IMG/VR virus record: IMGVR_UViG_3300043424_000638
Location: 1 to 54,950 of that record
Reading direction: 5' to 3' (one strand)
Origin: a virus
Taxonomy: Duplodnaviria; Caudoviricetes
Length of the DNA stretch: 54,950 nucleotides
Shown: one piece after another, positions 1 to 8,714 of the stretch
How the letters are laid out: every line of letters starts with the position of its first letter
How positions within the stretch are numbered: the stretch's first letter is position 1
Program-made: the position numbers and the translations under genes
Notes under the pieces: generated by a model
Databases searched by the model: none
What the model was told of the DNA's origin: nothing
Seen by the model: only the letters and a program-made list of their open reading frames with translations

Positions 1-320
1 ATAATACTAGCTGACATTTCTCTGCTAATTCCCATAAAAAGACTACCGTTGCGATCTATGTCATTAACTAACTTTTGTAAACATTCACCCTCAGTATTTT
101 GCATGGCTTTAGCAAATTCATTTAACTGGGTAATATAATTGTTTAATTCGACAGCCCCTTTCGCAGAAGGAGTTACTGTTGGAGCGGGTTCAACATTATA
201 ATTGTCAGGAACTGGTGTACCACCTTCGATAGGAGCATTTTCTTCTTCTTCCATAGGAGGTGTTACCTCTTCATCTTGTTCCGTCAAGAAAACTTGTTTA
301 TATAAATTGTCAAACTTCAT
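1..320 (-). CDS. Partial ORF (runs off window) with MKFD-type leader, acidic/Pro-rich; putative virion internal/core protein
   Basis: Own translation from ATG at 320: MKFDNLYKQVFLTEQDEEVTPPMEEEE..., open to window start. Confidence 0.75.
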   Translation of the reverse strand, partial: MKFDNLYKQVFLTEQDEEVTPPMEEEENAPIEGGTPVPDNYNVEPAPTVTPSAKGAVELNNYITQLNEFAKAMQNTEGECLQKLVNDIDRNGSLFMGISREMSASI

Positions 321-345
321 AAATAATGAATATATTTAATCAAAT

Positions 346-699
346 ATGATAAATTTTCTTATTAGTTTGAGTTTTGTTGTGTTTGTTTTAATTGTTTGGT
401 TTAAAACAGATGCATTTATCGAATATTGTAAATTACTTGGATTAGAAAAAATATTATTAGGTTATGATTTAACAGATCAGCAATTAACCTTCCCTCAATA
501 TCTTTATGTTAAACGTTTAATTTTAACAAATAATAAAATAATTCATTTTATTATTAAACTAATAACTTGCCCTTTGTGTATTGGTTTTTGGTTATCTTTT
601 TTATTTGGAGGATTACTTCTACCTTTTCTTTTTATTCCTCTTTTATATATTTGCAGTTTGTTTGTTTACTTAATCTTTACTAAACTTCTCGAGTATTAA
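346..699 (+). CDS. Small membrane protein, DUF1360-like
   Basis: Hydrophobic helices plus CPLCIGFW motif. Confidence 0.55.
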   Translation: MINFLISLSFVVFVLIVWFKTDAFIEYCKLLGLEKILLGYDLTDQQLTFPQYLYVKRLILTNNKIIHFIIKLITCPLCIGFWLSFLFGGLLLPFLFIPLLYICSLFVYLIFTKLLEY

Positions 700-1458
700 A
701 TTTACTTCAGAATCTAAGTTAAGAAGGGGAATTAATTGGAAATCGTTATTGTTTTTATTCAACCAGAGAACGTACAAATTTTTAATTTTTATGGAAGTAT
801 TGTCTTCAATAAATTTTTTATAAAGTCCTAATTGTAAACTATAGGTATTAATCTCACATACATCTAAATGATCCAACGGATGCAAAAATTTCTTATTAAA
901 TTTACTAGAATGATTTAATTCTTTATTAGTTTTGAAATCATATATTTCAAAACAATCTTTTTCTGTATTATAACAAAGCATATCAATCATACCACAAACT
1001 TTGGTATTTTTTAAATCACCAACGACCAATTCATTTTTAATGGGGATTAGGTAAGATTTTGTTTTATTGTAAAAGTTATTAAATTGTTTTAAGAGGACAT
1101 TGAGTGTGTCTCTTAATTCTTGGTGTTGCTCACTTGTTAATTGAGAAGAAACCCAATCCCGGTCATAAGGTATTACTTTATTATTGTAATAATTTTCTGC
1201 ATAGTTATGAAATACAGATCCAAGAACTTTAGAATATAAATTTTTTTGGTCCCAACCTGCTATTATATCTTCTGGTGGTAAACCAAATTCATTTCCTTTA
1301 ATCTTAGCCCATTTTTCCTTTTCAAACGGTTCTTTAAAAGACTCCAATAATCCCGTCACGGAATATTTCGCTGACGGTTTATCATCTATAAGATAAGTGT
1401 GGGTGCGATCTAAAAATACAATACGGTTAAAAACCATCAATTCTTTTAAAATATCCAT
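670..1458 (-). CDS. PD-(D/E)XK exonuclease (phage Cas4/RecB-like, lacking Cas4 cysteines)
   Basis: HTY..SVT, GSVFH, NE..GMID..IYDFKT, YSLQLGLY motifs. Confidence 0.85.
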   Translation of the reverse strand: MDILKELMVFNRIVFLDRTHTYLIDDKPSAKYSVTGLLESFKEPFEKEKWAKIKGNEFGLPPEDIIAGWDQKNLYSKVLGSVFHNYAENYYNNKVIPYDRDWVSSQLTSEQHQELRDTLNVLLKQFNNFYNKTKSYLIPIKNELVVGDLKNTKVCGMIDMLCYNTEKDCFEIYDFKTNKELNHSSKFNKKFLHPLDHLDVCEINTYSLQLGLYKKFIEDNTSIKIKNLYVLWLNKNNNDFQLIPLLNLDSEVNLILEKFSKD

Positions 1459-1730
1459 TATTTTTTCTTTCGTCTACTAGGTTCTTTTTTAACCAATTTT
1501 TTAATAGGGCATATACAATTTTCCTGTATAGGACATTCCACACATCCATAATCTAAAAAGATATCAGGTCTCCAACAGGAAGATTGTGTAATACTTTCAC
1601 ATACTTCTTTATTTTTGGTTAAATCTACAACAGTTGGAGGTTTGTATTCAAATATAACCCCTTCTGAAACATTTTCAATAAGTGCTTTTAAATCTCGGTT
1701 TTTGCGTACTTTTTTATTCTTTTTTAGCAT
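1458..1730 (-). CDS. Small Cys-rich (metal-binding) protein
   Basis: CWRPDIFLDYGCVECPIQENCIC; same motif in 10029..10499. Confidence 0.6.
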   Translation of the reverse strand: MLKKNKKVRKNRDLKALIENVSEGVIFEYKPPTVVDLTKNKEVCESITQSSCWRPDIFLDYGCVECPIQENCICPIKKLVKKEPSRRKKK

Positions 1731-1749
1731 TAATGATAATTAATAGTAT

Positions 1750-1965
1750 ATGCCATTAAAATCTGGATCTTCTGATAAAACTATACAAAAAAACATCGGA
1801 GAATTAATACGTTCCTATAAAAAGACTGGTAAGATTGGTACTTCAAAACCTACTTCAGCTAAAAAAGCTAGAGAACAAGCGGTTGCCGTTGCTTATAGTA
1901 AAGCTGGTAAATCCCGAAGCGATGAATCCTTCGATTCTATCGTTTCTTCGATTCTAAATTCTTAA
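1750..1965 (+). CDS. Small basic phage protein (MPLK...QAVAVAYSKA family) with C-terminal FDSIVSSIL motif
   Basis: ORF track; TAATTA late-type motif just upstream of ATG. Confidence 0.7.
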   Translation: MPLKSGSSDKTIQKNIGELIRSYKKTGKIGTSKPTSAKKAREQAVAVAYSKAGKSRSDESFDSIVSSILNS

Positions 1966-2236
1966 CTTTCTTGAATCGTTTTTGAGCGTCTTCTAAAGTT
2001 AAACAAGTCCAACCTAGTTGACCCCACTGATTGGCACTGGGATACATCTCAGAAGCTGCAATTTTATTACCATTAATTTCATACCCGTTATGAGAGCGAA
2101 TAATGATAACTTCATAACGACTGGTCGTAGCTTGATCGTCAATTAATTTTTGTTCGTAAATAGCAATATTACCTTCTCTGGTAATTTGTTTATAAGAGAA
2201 ATTTTTATTAGTAAATTTTTTTTCTAGAGTTTTCAT
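1937..2236 (-). CDS. Conserved phage hypothetical protein
   Basis: YEV...E.YPS..QWG..GWT motif typical of phage proteins. Confidence 0.65.
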   Translation of the reverse strand: MKTLEKKFTNKNFSYKQITREGNIAIYEQKLIDDQATTSRYEVIIIRSHNGYEINGNKIAASEMYPSANQWGQLGWTCLTLEDAQKRFKKVKNLESKKR

Positions 2237-2245
2237 AATTTTAAG

Positions 2246-2278
2246 AAAAAAAGCTCTCTATATTTCAAGAGAGCTTTT
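2246..2278 (-). terminator. Rho-independent terminator
   Basis: AAAAGCTCTCT-TGAAATAT-AGAGAGC followed by T7 on minus strand, downstream of 2306..2527. Confidence 0.75.
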
Positions 2279-2305
2279 GATGACACAACAATACCACTTA
2301 TTTGT

Positions 2306-2527
2306 TTATTCGTCTACGCGTGCAAAACGTCCATAAGAATCACGAACGTTGTGATATCGAGGACGAAGAATTGCCGTATTCGACCTATCCAAAAATCCCA
2401 TAAATTCATATTTGGATGGGTTGATATACTTGTTAATGATGGTTTCCTTAATGCTCTTAGGAGCGTCGGTGTCTACGGTGAAACGAGAAATCTCGTTAAT
2501 GTTTTTTGTTGTTACTGTATTACTCAT
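2306..2527 (-). CDS. Hypothetical protein
   Basis: ORF track; C-terminal RDSYGRF motif. Confidence 0.6.
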   Translation of the reverse strand: MSNTVTTKNINEISRFTVDTDAPKSIKETIINKYINPSKYEFMGFLDRSNTAILRPRYHNVRDSYGRFARVDE

Positions 2528-2560
2528 AAGACTTATATACTATATCAAATTTTAATTAAA

Positions 2561-3715
2561 TCAACGAAAACCCATTCTTTTTTCTTCCAAAAGTTCAGGA
2601 GAAACAATGGTTGAATTTTCGTCTGTATTGTAAAGATCTGCCAAAGAAATATCATCTTTAACTTGATATTTGATATTATCTTCATCGGCGATTTTTTGAG
2701 CTTTAGATGCTTTTAATTTTCCAAAATTATATTCTACTTTCAAACGACCTTTACGAAGAAGAGCCTTATCAATAGATTGACGAGGAGAATTGTAGGTGGC
2801 AATAACTGCAATGTTAAAAACATCCGCCATCATACCATCTGTGATATTAAGAATAGCAGAAACCAAAGAAGAAGAGTCTGAAGGATCACGAGCTAACAAG
2901 GCTTTTTCCGCATCTTCAATAATCAAAACACTGTGCTTCTTATGAAGAAGAGCTGGAAGGAAAGAAGGGTCTGCTAAATGTTCTACAAAACTAGTAGGAA
3001 TATAAATCATATCTCTCTTGACCAATGAAGAAAGATATTTGATGTATGTTGTTTTACCTGTACCTGGATCTCCATGAAAAAGATAAAGACCTGATTCATT
3101 TTTATTCAATGAATCCACGATGACGTTATGAATTTTCGGGAAATCATCGTTATAACATTTTTCAATATTGTATAATTCTGGAATACGAACTTCAAAAGGC
3201 TCAAACCTTATAGAACCGTGTTCATCTCTCATTACTGTAAAAATAATATTTTTAATGTCTTCAACAATAAAGAAAGGTTTCAAATCTTCTAAAGGAGGTT
3301 TCACACAACCAGGATAGAGAATTGTAATTTTGTAATTACAACCTTCTTTTTTAACTTTTTTAGATTGAGTTTTTTCTAACTCAATTAAACAATCTTTATA
3401 AAAGAAAAGTTTATGTTGATGTGCTTCTGAATCATCCCAAAAATCACTAGTACCATGTACCCCGCTAGAGGAAGCATTTTGGGAAGGAATGGTGTTTCTT
3501 TCTGTGACTAATTCTGCATTCTTTTCTAGGAATGGTAAAATATCATTAGAAATGGGTGTTTCGAAATCTAAAACAGAAGAAGCCATTCCGTATTTTTCCA
3601 GAAAATAAACAGAGTGTGGAAAAAAATGATGACTATTACTAGGGGAAAAATATTCTACTTTTTTATTTAAAAAATGTGGTTTAGTATTAAATGAAAGAGG
3701 AATGTCCATAAACAA
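2561..3715 (-). CDS. AAA+ ATPase
   Basis: Walker A GDPGTGKT, Walker B LIIEDAE, sensor TYN, ALLRKGRL Arg finger. Confidence 0.9.
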   Translation of the reverse strand: MFMDIPLSFNTKPHFLNKKVEYFSPSNSHHFFPHSVYFLEKYGMASSVLDFETPISNDILPFLEKNAELVTERNTIPSQNASSSGVHGTSDFWDDSEAHQHKLFFYKDCLIELEKTQSKKVKKEGCNYKITILYPGCVKPPLEDLKPFFIVEDIKNIIFTVMRDEHGSIRFEPFEVRIPELYNIEKCYNDDFPKIHNVIVDSLNKNESGLYLFHGDPGTGKTTYIKYLSSLVKRDMIYIPTSFVEHLADPSFLPALLHKKHSVLIIEDAEKALLARDPSDSSSLVSAILNITDGMMADVFNIAVIATYNSPRQSIDKALLRKGRLKVEYNFGKLKASKAQKIADEDNIKYQVKDDISLADLYNTDENSTIVSPELLEEKRMGFR

Positions 3716-3745
3716 ATCCTAAATCAAAATATTAAAATAACAAGA

Positions 3746-3961
3746 TTATTTTTTAATAAATTTATTTTCTTTCATCTTTCGATGAAGTCTTTTCATTTTA
3801 CGGACTTTAATTTGTTTAGGAGTTTCAAATGCTCTTTTCTTCCTAATGGTGTCCATAATTTCTTCACTATCTACTTTAAATTTAAAACGCTTTAAAGCAT
3901 AATCGATATTTTCTTTACCGAAATAATCTCCTTTATTTAATTTTACTGAAATGTTAATCAT
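3746..3961 (-). CDS. rpsU: Ribosomal protein bS21
   Basis: 71 aa basic; ENIDYALKRFKFKV..E.IMD.IRKKRAFETP matches the bS21 pattern. Confidence 0.85.
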   Translation of the reverse strand: MINISVKLNKGDYFGKENIDYALKRFKFKVDSEEIMDTIRKKRAFETPKQIKVRKMKRLHRKMKENKFIKK

Positions 3962-3981
3962 GTGGATTAATTATGGTAAAA

Positions 3982-4555
3982 TGTCCCTAGTGTCTCACAG
4001 AATTTAGAAAATTTTAGTCAACCTTAATATCTATATTATAAGATTTAGGTTGTTTTACAGGAACGGTTACTCGCAAAAGACCATCCACGTATGTTGAAGT
4101 AATACCAGTGGCATTAGTATTTTCATTAAGAGTAAAGGTCAGACTTCCTTTACGTCGACTAATTCCTTTGCGAACATAATTCACTTCGGAATCTTCTTCA
4201 TCTTTTTCCACATTAATATGAAGTTTATTATCATGTACCTTAACATTAATGTGATTTTTACCCACCCCTGCTAGTGCTACTTCTACAATATAAGAAGAGG
4301 GTTCTCCTTCTTCATTGGTTATAGCCTTAACATTGTAAGGGTAAACGGCATTTGGAATCTCAAAAGCTTTTTCAAGATCTCCAAATATAGATTTAAACCA
4401 GCTATCGTTGAACAGAGCTGGAAGCTGGTAACCAGTGCTGCTGTAGTGACCTACGGTGTAGTTTGGATTGTATGTTGTTATTTTTGTTGTCATTTATATT
4501 TCTCCTTTTGTTTAAGCGAGATATATTTTCTAGTTTCTGTGAGAACACTAGGACA
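3982..4555 (-). repeat. ~30-bp imperfect inverted repeat flanking hsp20 (arms 3982-4012 and 4525-4555)
   Basis: 5'UTR GTCCTAGTGTTCTCACAGAAACTAGAAAAT is complementary to 3'UTR ATTTTCTAAATTCTGTGAGACACTAGGGAC. Confidence 0.85.
4014..4493 (-). CDS. Small heat-shock protein (Hsp20/IbpA family)
   Basis: YPYNV, VEVALAG, YVRKGISRR, YVDGLLRVTVP alpha-crystallin motifs; AGGAG SD upstream. Confidence 0.92.
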   Translation of the reverse strand: MTTKITTYNPNYTVGHYSSTGYQLPALFNDSWFKSIFGDLEKAFEIPNAVYPYNVKAITNEEGEPSSYIVEVALAGVGKNHINVKVHDNKLHINVEKDEEDSEVNYVRKGISRRKGSLTFTLNENTNATGITSTYVDGLLRVTVPVKQPKSYNIDIKVD

Positions 4556-4580
4556 ATAATAATTATCTCACCAATCCCTT

Positions 4581-5648
4581 CTAATTCAAGAAGGGATTGG
4601 GAGCTTGGAAGGAAAGATCAGGACCTTTGAAGAACATCTCAGAAGCCATATGATTCAATTGCATTCCAGTGGATTGTGGAAGTTTACTTTGATGTGACAC
4701 ACAATGGGTCATACGGTTAAAGAACTCATAAGCATTCATATTAGAATTAGCAGATGAAAGCCAACGGTTGTTCTTGTAGCGAATTTGATATGGCTTGTAA
4801 GCTTCTTGAATTTGTTCGTCGTTGAAATAAGTGTCTGCTAGTTCCTTAGAGACACCCAAACAAATTTCTCGAGCATTCAAAAATTCGCGAAGTGAAGCAT
4901 TAGAATGTTTCATTTTATCGCAAGACTGAATAGTGGTTCGACGAAGATCTTCGGAAAGAGTTTTATTAATCAAACGATTAAAAGAGGTTTGTCGAAGACC
5001 CTTGTTACTGAAATAACGTTGAGATACTTGATGGGTTGCCATCATCCCGTTAGTGCAAATCAAACGAAGAAGGAAAGGCGAAATAATGGTTTTATTAAGA
5101 CCATAAACAAAAGTAAAACCAGAATCCCACATATCATTTCCGTCTCCGAATACGTCAATTTGATTGGACAGATCTCGGAAAGAAGTTTCCAAAGACAAAT
5201 TTTCTTCATTAAAACGAAGATTCTGAAGCTTTACGTTTTCAGAAACTGTTTCTAGATAACCTTCTAGAAGATTGAACCCGTAACCAAAATTAAGAGGTTC
5301 TTCTTCTTTAATTTCTGCTTTAAGAAATTTGGTAATTACTTTTTCATCACCTACGGTTTTAGTGATACCTGTTACTACTCGATCATTCTTAATATTAGAC
5401 AGTGATCGTTGAAGAGGAATCCATTGATTTTGATCGTCATGAATTTCTTCGACCAGATCATTCTTAATAGAAAAAACATTAAGAAGATCTTTAAGAGCTG
5501 AATTAGTTACCAGATTACCTTCATAAAGAAAGGTTCGTCCTACTTTATGAATTTTAGACAATTGAACAGGACTTTTACGAAACTGATCAATTTGGGTTTT
5601 GACTTGAGTGGATTGATTATGGTATTGTTCGAGTAGTGTTGTATTCAT
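4581..5648 (-). CDS. DUF932-like phage protein
   Basis: LRLICTNGM signature. Confidence 0.65.
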   Translation of the reverse strand: MNTTLLEQYHNQSTQVKTQIDQFRKSPVQLSKIHKVGRTFLYEGNLVTNSALKDLLNVFSIKNDLVEEIHDDQNQWIPLQRSLSNIKNDRVVTGITKTVGDEKVITKFLKAEIKEEEPLNFGYGFNLLEGYLETVSENVKLQNLRFNEENLSLETSFRDLSNQIDVFGDGNDMWDSGFTFVYGLNKTIISPFLLRLICTNGMMATHQVSQRYFSNKGLRQTSFNRLINKTLSEDLRRTTIQSCDKMKHSNASLREFLNAREICLGVSKELADTYFNDEQIQEAYKPYQIRYKNNRWLSSANSNMNAYEFFNRMTHCVSHQSKLPQSTGMQLNHMASEMFFKGPDLSFQAPNPFLN

Positions 5649-5694
5649 TTCACTTATTATTATCTGAAATTTATTTTAAAATTCAACCTTTATT

Positions 5695-5964
5695 TTAAAA
5701 TTCAATTTTAAGCTGACTCAAAGCGCGGCCCAAAGCAATAGCATTTCCGACTCGACGATTAAAGTTATCTTCCAAAGAACAAACAGATTTTCCAGAAACA
5801 GTAATTTGTTTATCTGGTGTAGTCACTTCAATGGTGGTAGAACCTCCTTGACTTGAAATTTGTTCATAAACACCATCCATTTTATGGACTGGTTGATAAT
5901 ATCTATTGTGCATTACTCGAACCTTATAACCTTTTTGACGAAGTTGTTTGATAGTATATGTCAT
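5695..5964 (-). CDS. Conserved small phage protein (C...DNFNRRVG..IALGRA family)
   Basis: Motif in ORF track. Confidence 0.6.
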   Translation of the reverse strand: MTYTIKQLRQKGYKVRVMHNRYYQPVHKMDGVYEQISSQGGSTTIEVTTPDKQITVSGKSVCSLEDNFNRRVGNAIALGRALSQLKIEF

Positions 5965-6019
5965 AGATTAAAATACTATAAAAAATGATTTTATTTTCAA
6001 CTCTAAAATAAATACTTTT

Positions 6020-6193
6020 GTGAGATTTGAAGAATTATTAAAACAATGTTTAAAAGAAGCTAAAGAAGACGAAGAAAAGGAACCGTCTCCTTGGAATTTA
6101 GAAATTACTGAAGACCCTGAAAAGTCTGAGGAGTACAATTTATTAGGTAAATTAATAATCAGATTACATTCTTTAAGGTGTAAAATGAATTAA
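6020..6193 (+). CDS. 57-aa protein with MxFE-type leader
   Basis: Own translation from GTG: MRFEELLKQCLKEAKEDEE...; TAAATA just upstream. Confidence 0.6.
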   Translation: MRFEELLKQCLKEAKEDEEKEPSPWNLEITEDPEKSEEYNLLGKLIIRLHSLRCKMN

Positions 6194-6591
6194 TACTGAA
6201 TATCACATTCTAAAATTCTACCTACTATTTCCCCTTTATCCTTTACTACGATTTCTAATTCAGATTCTCTTAGTTCTTTAGATGCCTTTTTAAATGAAAT
6301 GACGTCTTCTTCAATGTCGTCATCATCTTCATCTCCAAAAAAGTATTCTTCTACTTTATTAAAAACTTCTTCAGGTAAACATCTTAAAGAGCCCCCATCT
6401 TTAAAAAGATCAGAATATCTAGAGTGCTTGATATTATCTAAAGCCATAAAAAGATACTCTACATGATCAAAAGTTTCTAAAAGATCATTGCCCAAATCTT
6501 TGGTAAGATCTTTAAAATTATTGATTAATTCATCAATAATTTCTTGTTTAGTTATTTCAATAACCGTTTTATTTACACTCTTAACATTCAT
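6190..6591 (-). CDS. Acidic hypothetical protein
   Basis: ORF track, operon-like overlap with upstream gene. Confidence 0.6.
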   Translation of the reverse strand: MNVKSVNKTVIEITKQEIIDELINNFKDLTKDLGNDLLETFDHVEYLFMALDNIKHSRYSDLFKDGGSLRCLPEEVFNKVEEYFFGDEDDDDIEEDVISFKKASKELRESELEIVVKDKGEIVGRILECDIQY

Positions 6592-6848
6592 GAACAGTTT
6601 TGAATTTTATCTAAAACATTTAAAGACTCTTGATGGGCTTGTTGTTCTGAAACCCCTTTAGTCATTAAAAACCCTTTGTATGCCATTTGAAATTTCTCTG
6701 CGTAATAAAAAGCGCAATTCATCCAGTTGTCTCTGGATTCAGAAATTTCTTTAACTTTTTCTGTTATTTTTTCTTGTTTAAGTAATTCTTTTTCGAGTTT
6801 ATCAATTTTATTTTTTAATTTCTCGATTGATTCTTCTTTTTGATCCAT
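6588..6848 (-). CDS. Coiled-coil hypothetical protein (start moved to MDQKEE)
   Basis: The longer ORF-track start overlaps the tmRNA 3' end; ATG at 6848. Confidence 0.6.
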   Translation of the reverse strand: MDQKEESIEKLKNKIDKLEKELLKQEKITEKVKEISESRDNWMNCAFYYAEKFQMAYKGFLMTKGVSEQQAHQESLNVLDKIQNCS

Positions 6849-6867
6849 AAGATTACTTATCGAAAAG

Positions 6868-7322
6868 TGGTGGAGGTGTCGGCTTACGATAGCCGAGTCC
6901 AATGAATTTTCATACTCTAACTCTTCACATGCTTGAGTACATTTAACATTTTAGCTACCTTACGGTAACGGAGACAATAGGTTGTCAGGTTGCACTAACC
7001 GAGTTTTATGTCTACCTATATGCGTGATTAAAGACCGCATATCACCTATGACTAATTTTACCACACTAGTCACTTCGTGCCCGAACCTCTGTCGTTCAAA
7101 GTAGATTTAGAGGATCCTCTACTAGGCTCTTAGGCTACTAGAGCGTAGTCTTCAACGCCAGCGAGGAACTCGTCAGCATTGTTGAAGATGTACTCAGCTT
7201 CAGCTAAAAGATCAGAAGTATTGTCTTCTGCGTTTAGTTTTTAATCGATTTTTAAAGAGGCCATCGATTAACCTCTGCATGCATTAAAGAATTACAACTC
7301 AATGTCGAATCCTTTCACCCCC
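6868..7322 (-). ncRNA. ssrA: tmRNA, 455 nt; tag ORF 7231-7130 = AEDNTSDLLAEAEYIFNNADEFLAGVEDYALVA*
   Basis: 5' GGGGGUGAAAGGAUUCGAC; 3' CACCUCC-A-CCA; G3.U70 Ala determinant; pk1 (AGAGG/CCUCU with UUAAUCGAU/AUCGAUUAA); UAAAC|GCA resume site; tag ends YALVA. Confidence 0.95.
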
Positions 7323-7341
7323 AATTTCAAAGAACAAATTT

Positions 7342-7443
7342 TAGCGGGTGAGAGAATCGAACTCTCCTAAAGAGGCTTAGTGAACCGTGTAATGGTTAAC
7401 ACGGCTCAATGAGACCCCCCAATTCCCAGAATTGTAACCCGCA
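7342..7443 (-). tRNA. tRNA-Met(CAU), initiator-like (U1xU72), with 30-nt insert in anticodon loop (7379-7408); CCA not encoded
   Basis: Removing the insert gives a 72-nt cloverleaf: UGCGGGU/ACCCGCU, CAAU/AUUG, GGGGU-CUCAUAA-GCCUC, GAGAG-UUCGAUU-CUCUC. Confidence 0.85.
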
Positions 7444-7466
7444 GTCTATAAAATTATCTTAAATGA

Positions 7467-8036
7467 TTATTGATTAATAGCAACAGGGACTTCTGGTGTA
7501 GAAGTTTCTGAAGCAGTTCCTGAATTATTAAAATCTCCAGGAATTACGTTAGAAGGTAAATCAGCGGTATCAGAATAGGAATTATCTCCGTATTGTTGGT
7601 CTACATTAGGCGAGAAGTCATTATCTGGAAGAGGATTTTCTTTTTCTTTCTTGGCAAGAAGTTCTTCTAAATCAGCAACGGACTTGCCGTGGTCTTTTAA
7701 AATAGTCATTAAATCATCTCTTTCTGATTTAAGTTTTTGATATTCTTCTGAACCAGTCTCAGCCTTTAAAAGAGCAGCGGTGACTTTATTGTACCTTCTA
7801 GCAAATTTTTTATTAATGTATTTGCTTTCTAAAATTTGTTGATAAGCTTCTTTTAAAGCTTCATCCTCGGTTTTGGATTTTTTACCTGCTTGGGCTTTTT
7901 TAATAGCAGCATCTCTTGCAGCCAAATAATCTTTAGAATCTACTTTACCATCTCCGGTTAAGTCTTTTTTCTTCTTTTTACCTTCACAGATTTGGAGGTA
8001 AGCATTTTCTAATAAAATTTCATCTTGAGACTTCAT
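7467..8036 (-). CDS. MKSxD-leader protein with EF-hand-like DLTGDGKVDSKDY motif; putative virion internal/core protein
   Basis: Leader MKSQDEILLENAYLQICE plus internal second copy EDEALKEAYQQILE; TAAATA upstream. Confidence 0.7.
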   Translation of the reverse strand: MKSQDEILLENAYLQICEGKKKKKDLTGDGKVDSKDYLAARDAAIKKAQAGKKSKTEDEALKEAYQQILESKYINKKFARRYNKVTAALLKAETGSEEYQKLKSERDDLMTILKDHGKSVADLEELLAKKEKENPLPDNDFSPNVDQQYGDNSYSDTADLPSNVIPGDFNNSGTASETSTPEVPVAINQ

Positions 8037-8069
8037 GAATATTATTTATTCAATTTGTCTGATAAAATG

Positions 8070-8711
8070 TTACTGAACCACTACATAAGTCCTTACTACT
8101 CTTTGTACTGTTTGAGTAGTGTCCTGGTATTTTTGACCATTAATGGTGTATTCGGTGATCTCGGGGATATTTTCAATGACAGGTTCTTGAATCGGTATAT
8201 TTTGTATTTGAGAGGTAACAGGTATTGCTCTTTTTATTGGTATAGGAGCGGATTGAGGATTTGATTCAAATTTTCTAGTGGAACTATAAACAGTATTTGT
8301 ATTTTTTGGTTTGGGAGTAGGAGTGGATTTAACTGTAGGATAATAAGAAAGAGGTTTTTTTACTGTTTTAATTGGTTTAGGTTCCTTTTTTTCAAATTGT
8401 GACGAAAAAACATTTTGAACATTTTTAACTATATTTTTTACTGTTTTTTTGTCAATTACAATACTTGAAGGTTTCGTTTCAATTTTTTGTTGAGGAATTT
8501 TAATAGGCGCTTGAACTACTATGGGTTTTGCTTTAGAACGAGGCCATTCTTCTTGTTTGTTTGTTGTATTAGAATATAAGGCTTCTCGGGTTTCTTTTAG
8601 TTGTTTAGCTAAAGTAGTTTTGTATTTAGAGTATTGGGATATCGCTAGATAAGCAAAACCATGAAGGAGGACTACTACAATGATGGATTGTTTCCACGAT
8701 ATACTTTTCAT
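8070..8711 (-). CDS. N-terminally anchored membrane protein with Pro/Lys-rich stalk
   Basis: TM segment IIVVVLLHGFAYLAI, low-complexity remainder. Confidence 0.7.
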   Translation of the reverse strand: MKSISWKQSIIVVVLLHGFAYLAISQYSKYKTTLAKQLKETREALYSNTTNKQEEWPRSKAKPIVVQAPIKIPQQKIETKPSSIVIDKKTVKNIVKNVQNVFSSQFEKKEPKPIKTVKKPLSYYPTVKSTPTPKPKNTNTVYSSTRKFESNPQSAPIPIKRAIPVTSQIQNIPIQEPVIENIPEITEYTINGQKYQDTTQTVQRVVRTYVVVQ

Positions 8712-8714
8712 TTT

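Noticed and set aside
670-1458. Cas4 / CRISPR-Cas system
   Set aside because: The nuclease lacks the four Cas4 cysteines, and I saw no other cas genes or repeat-spacer array in the window
7379-7408. Archaeal-type BHB intron, or alternative splicing to an amber-suppressor CUA anticodon
   Set aside because: No 4-bp central helix flanked by 3-nt bulges could be built; the CUA option gives only a 6-nt loop
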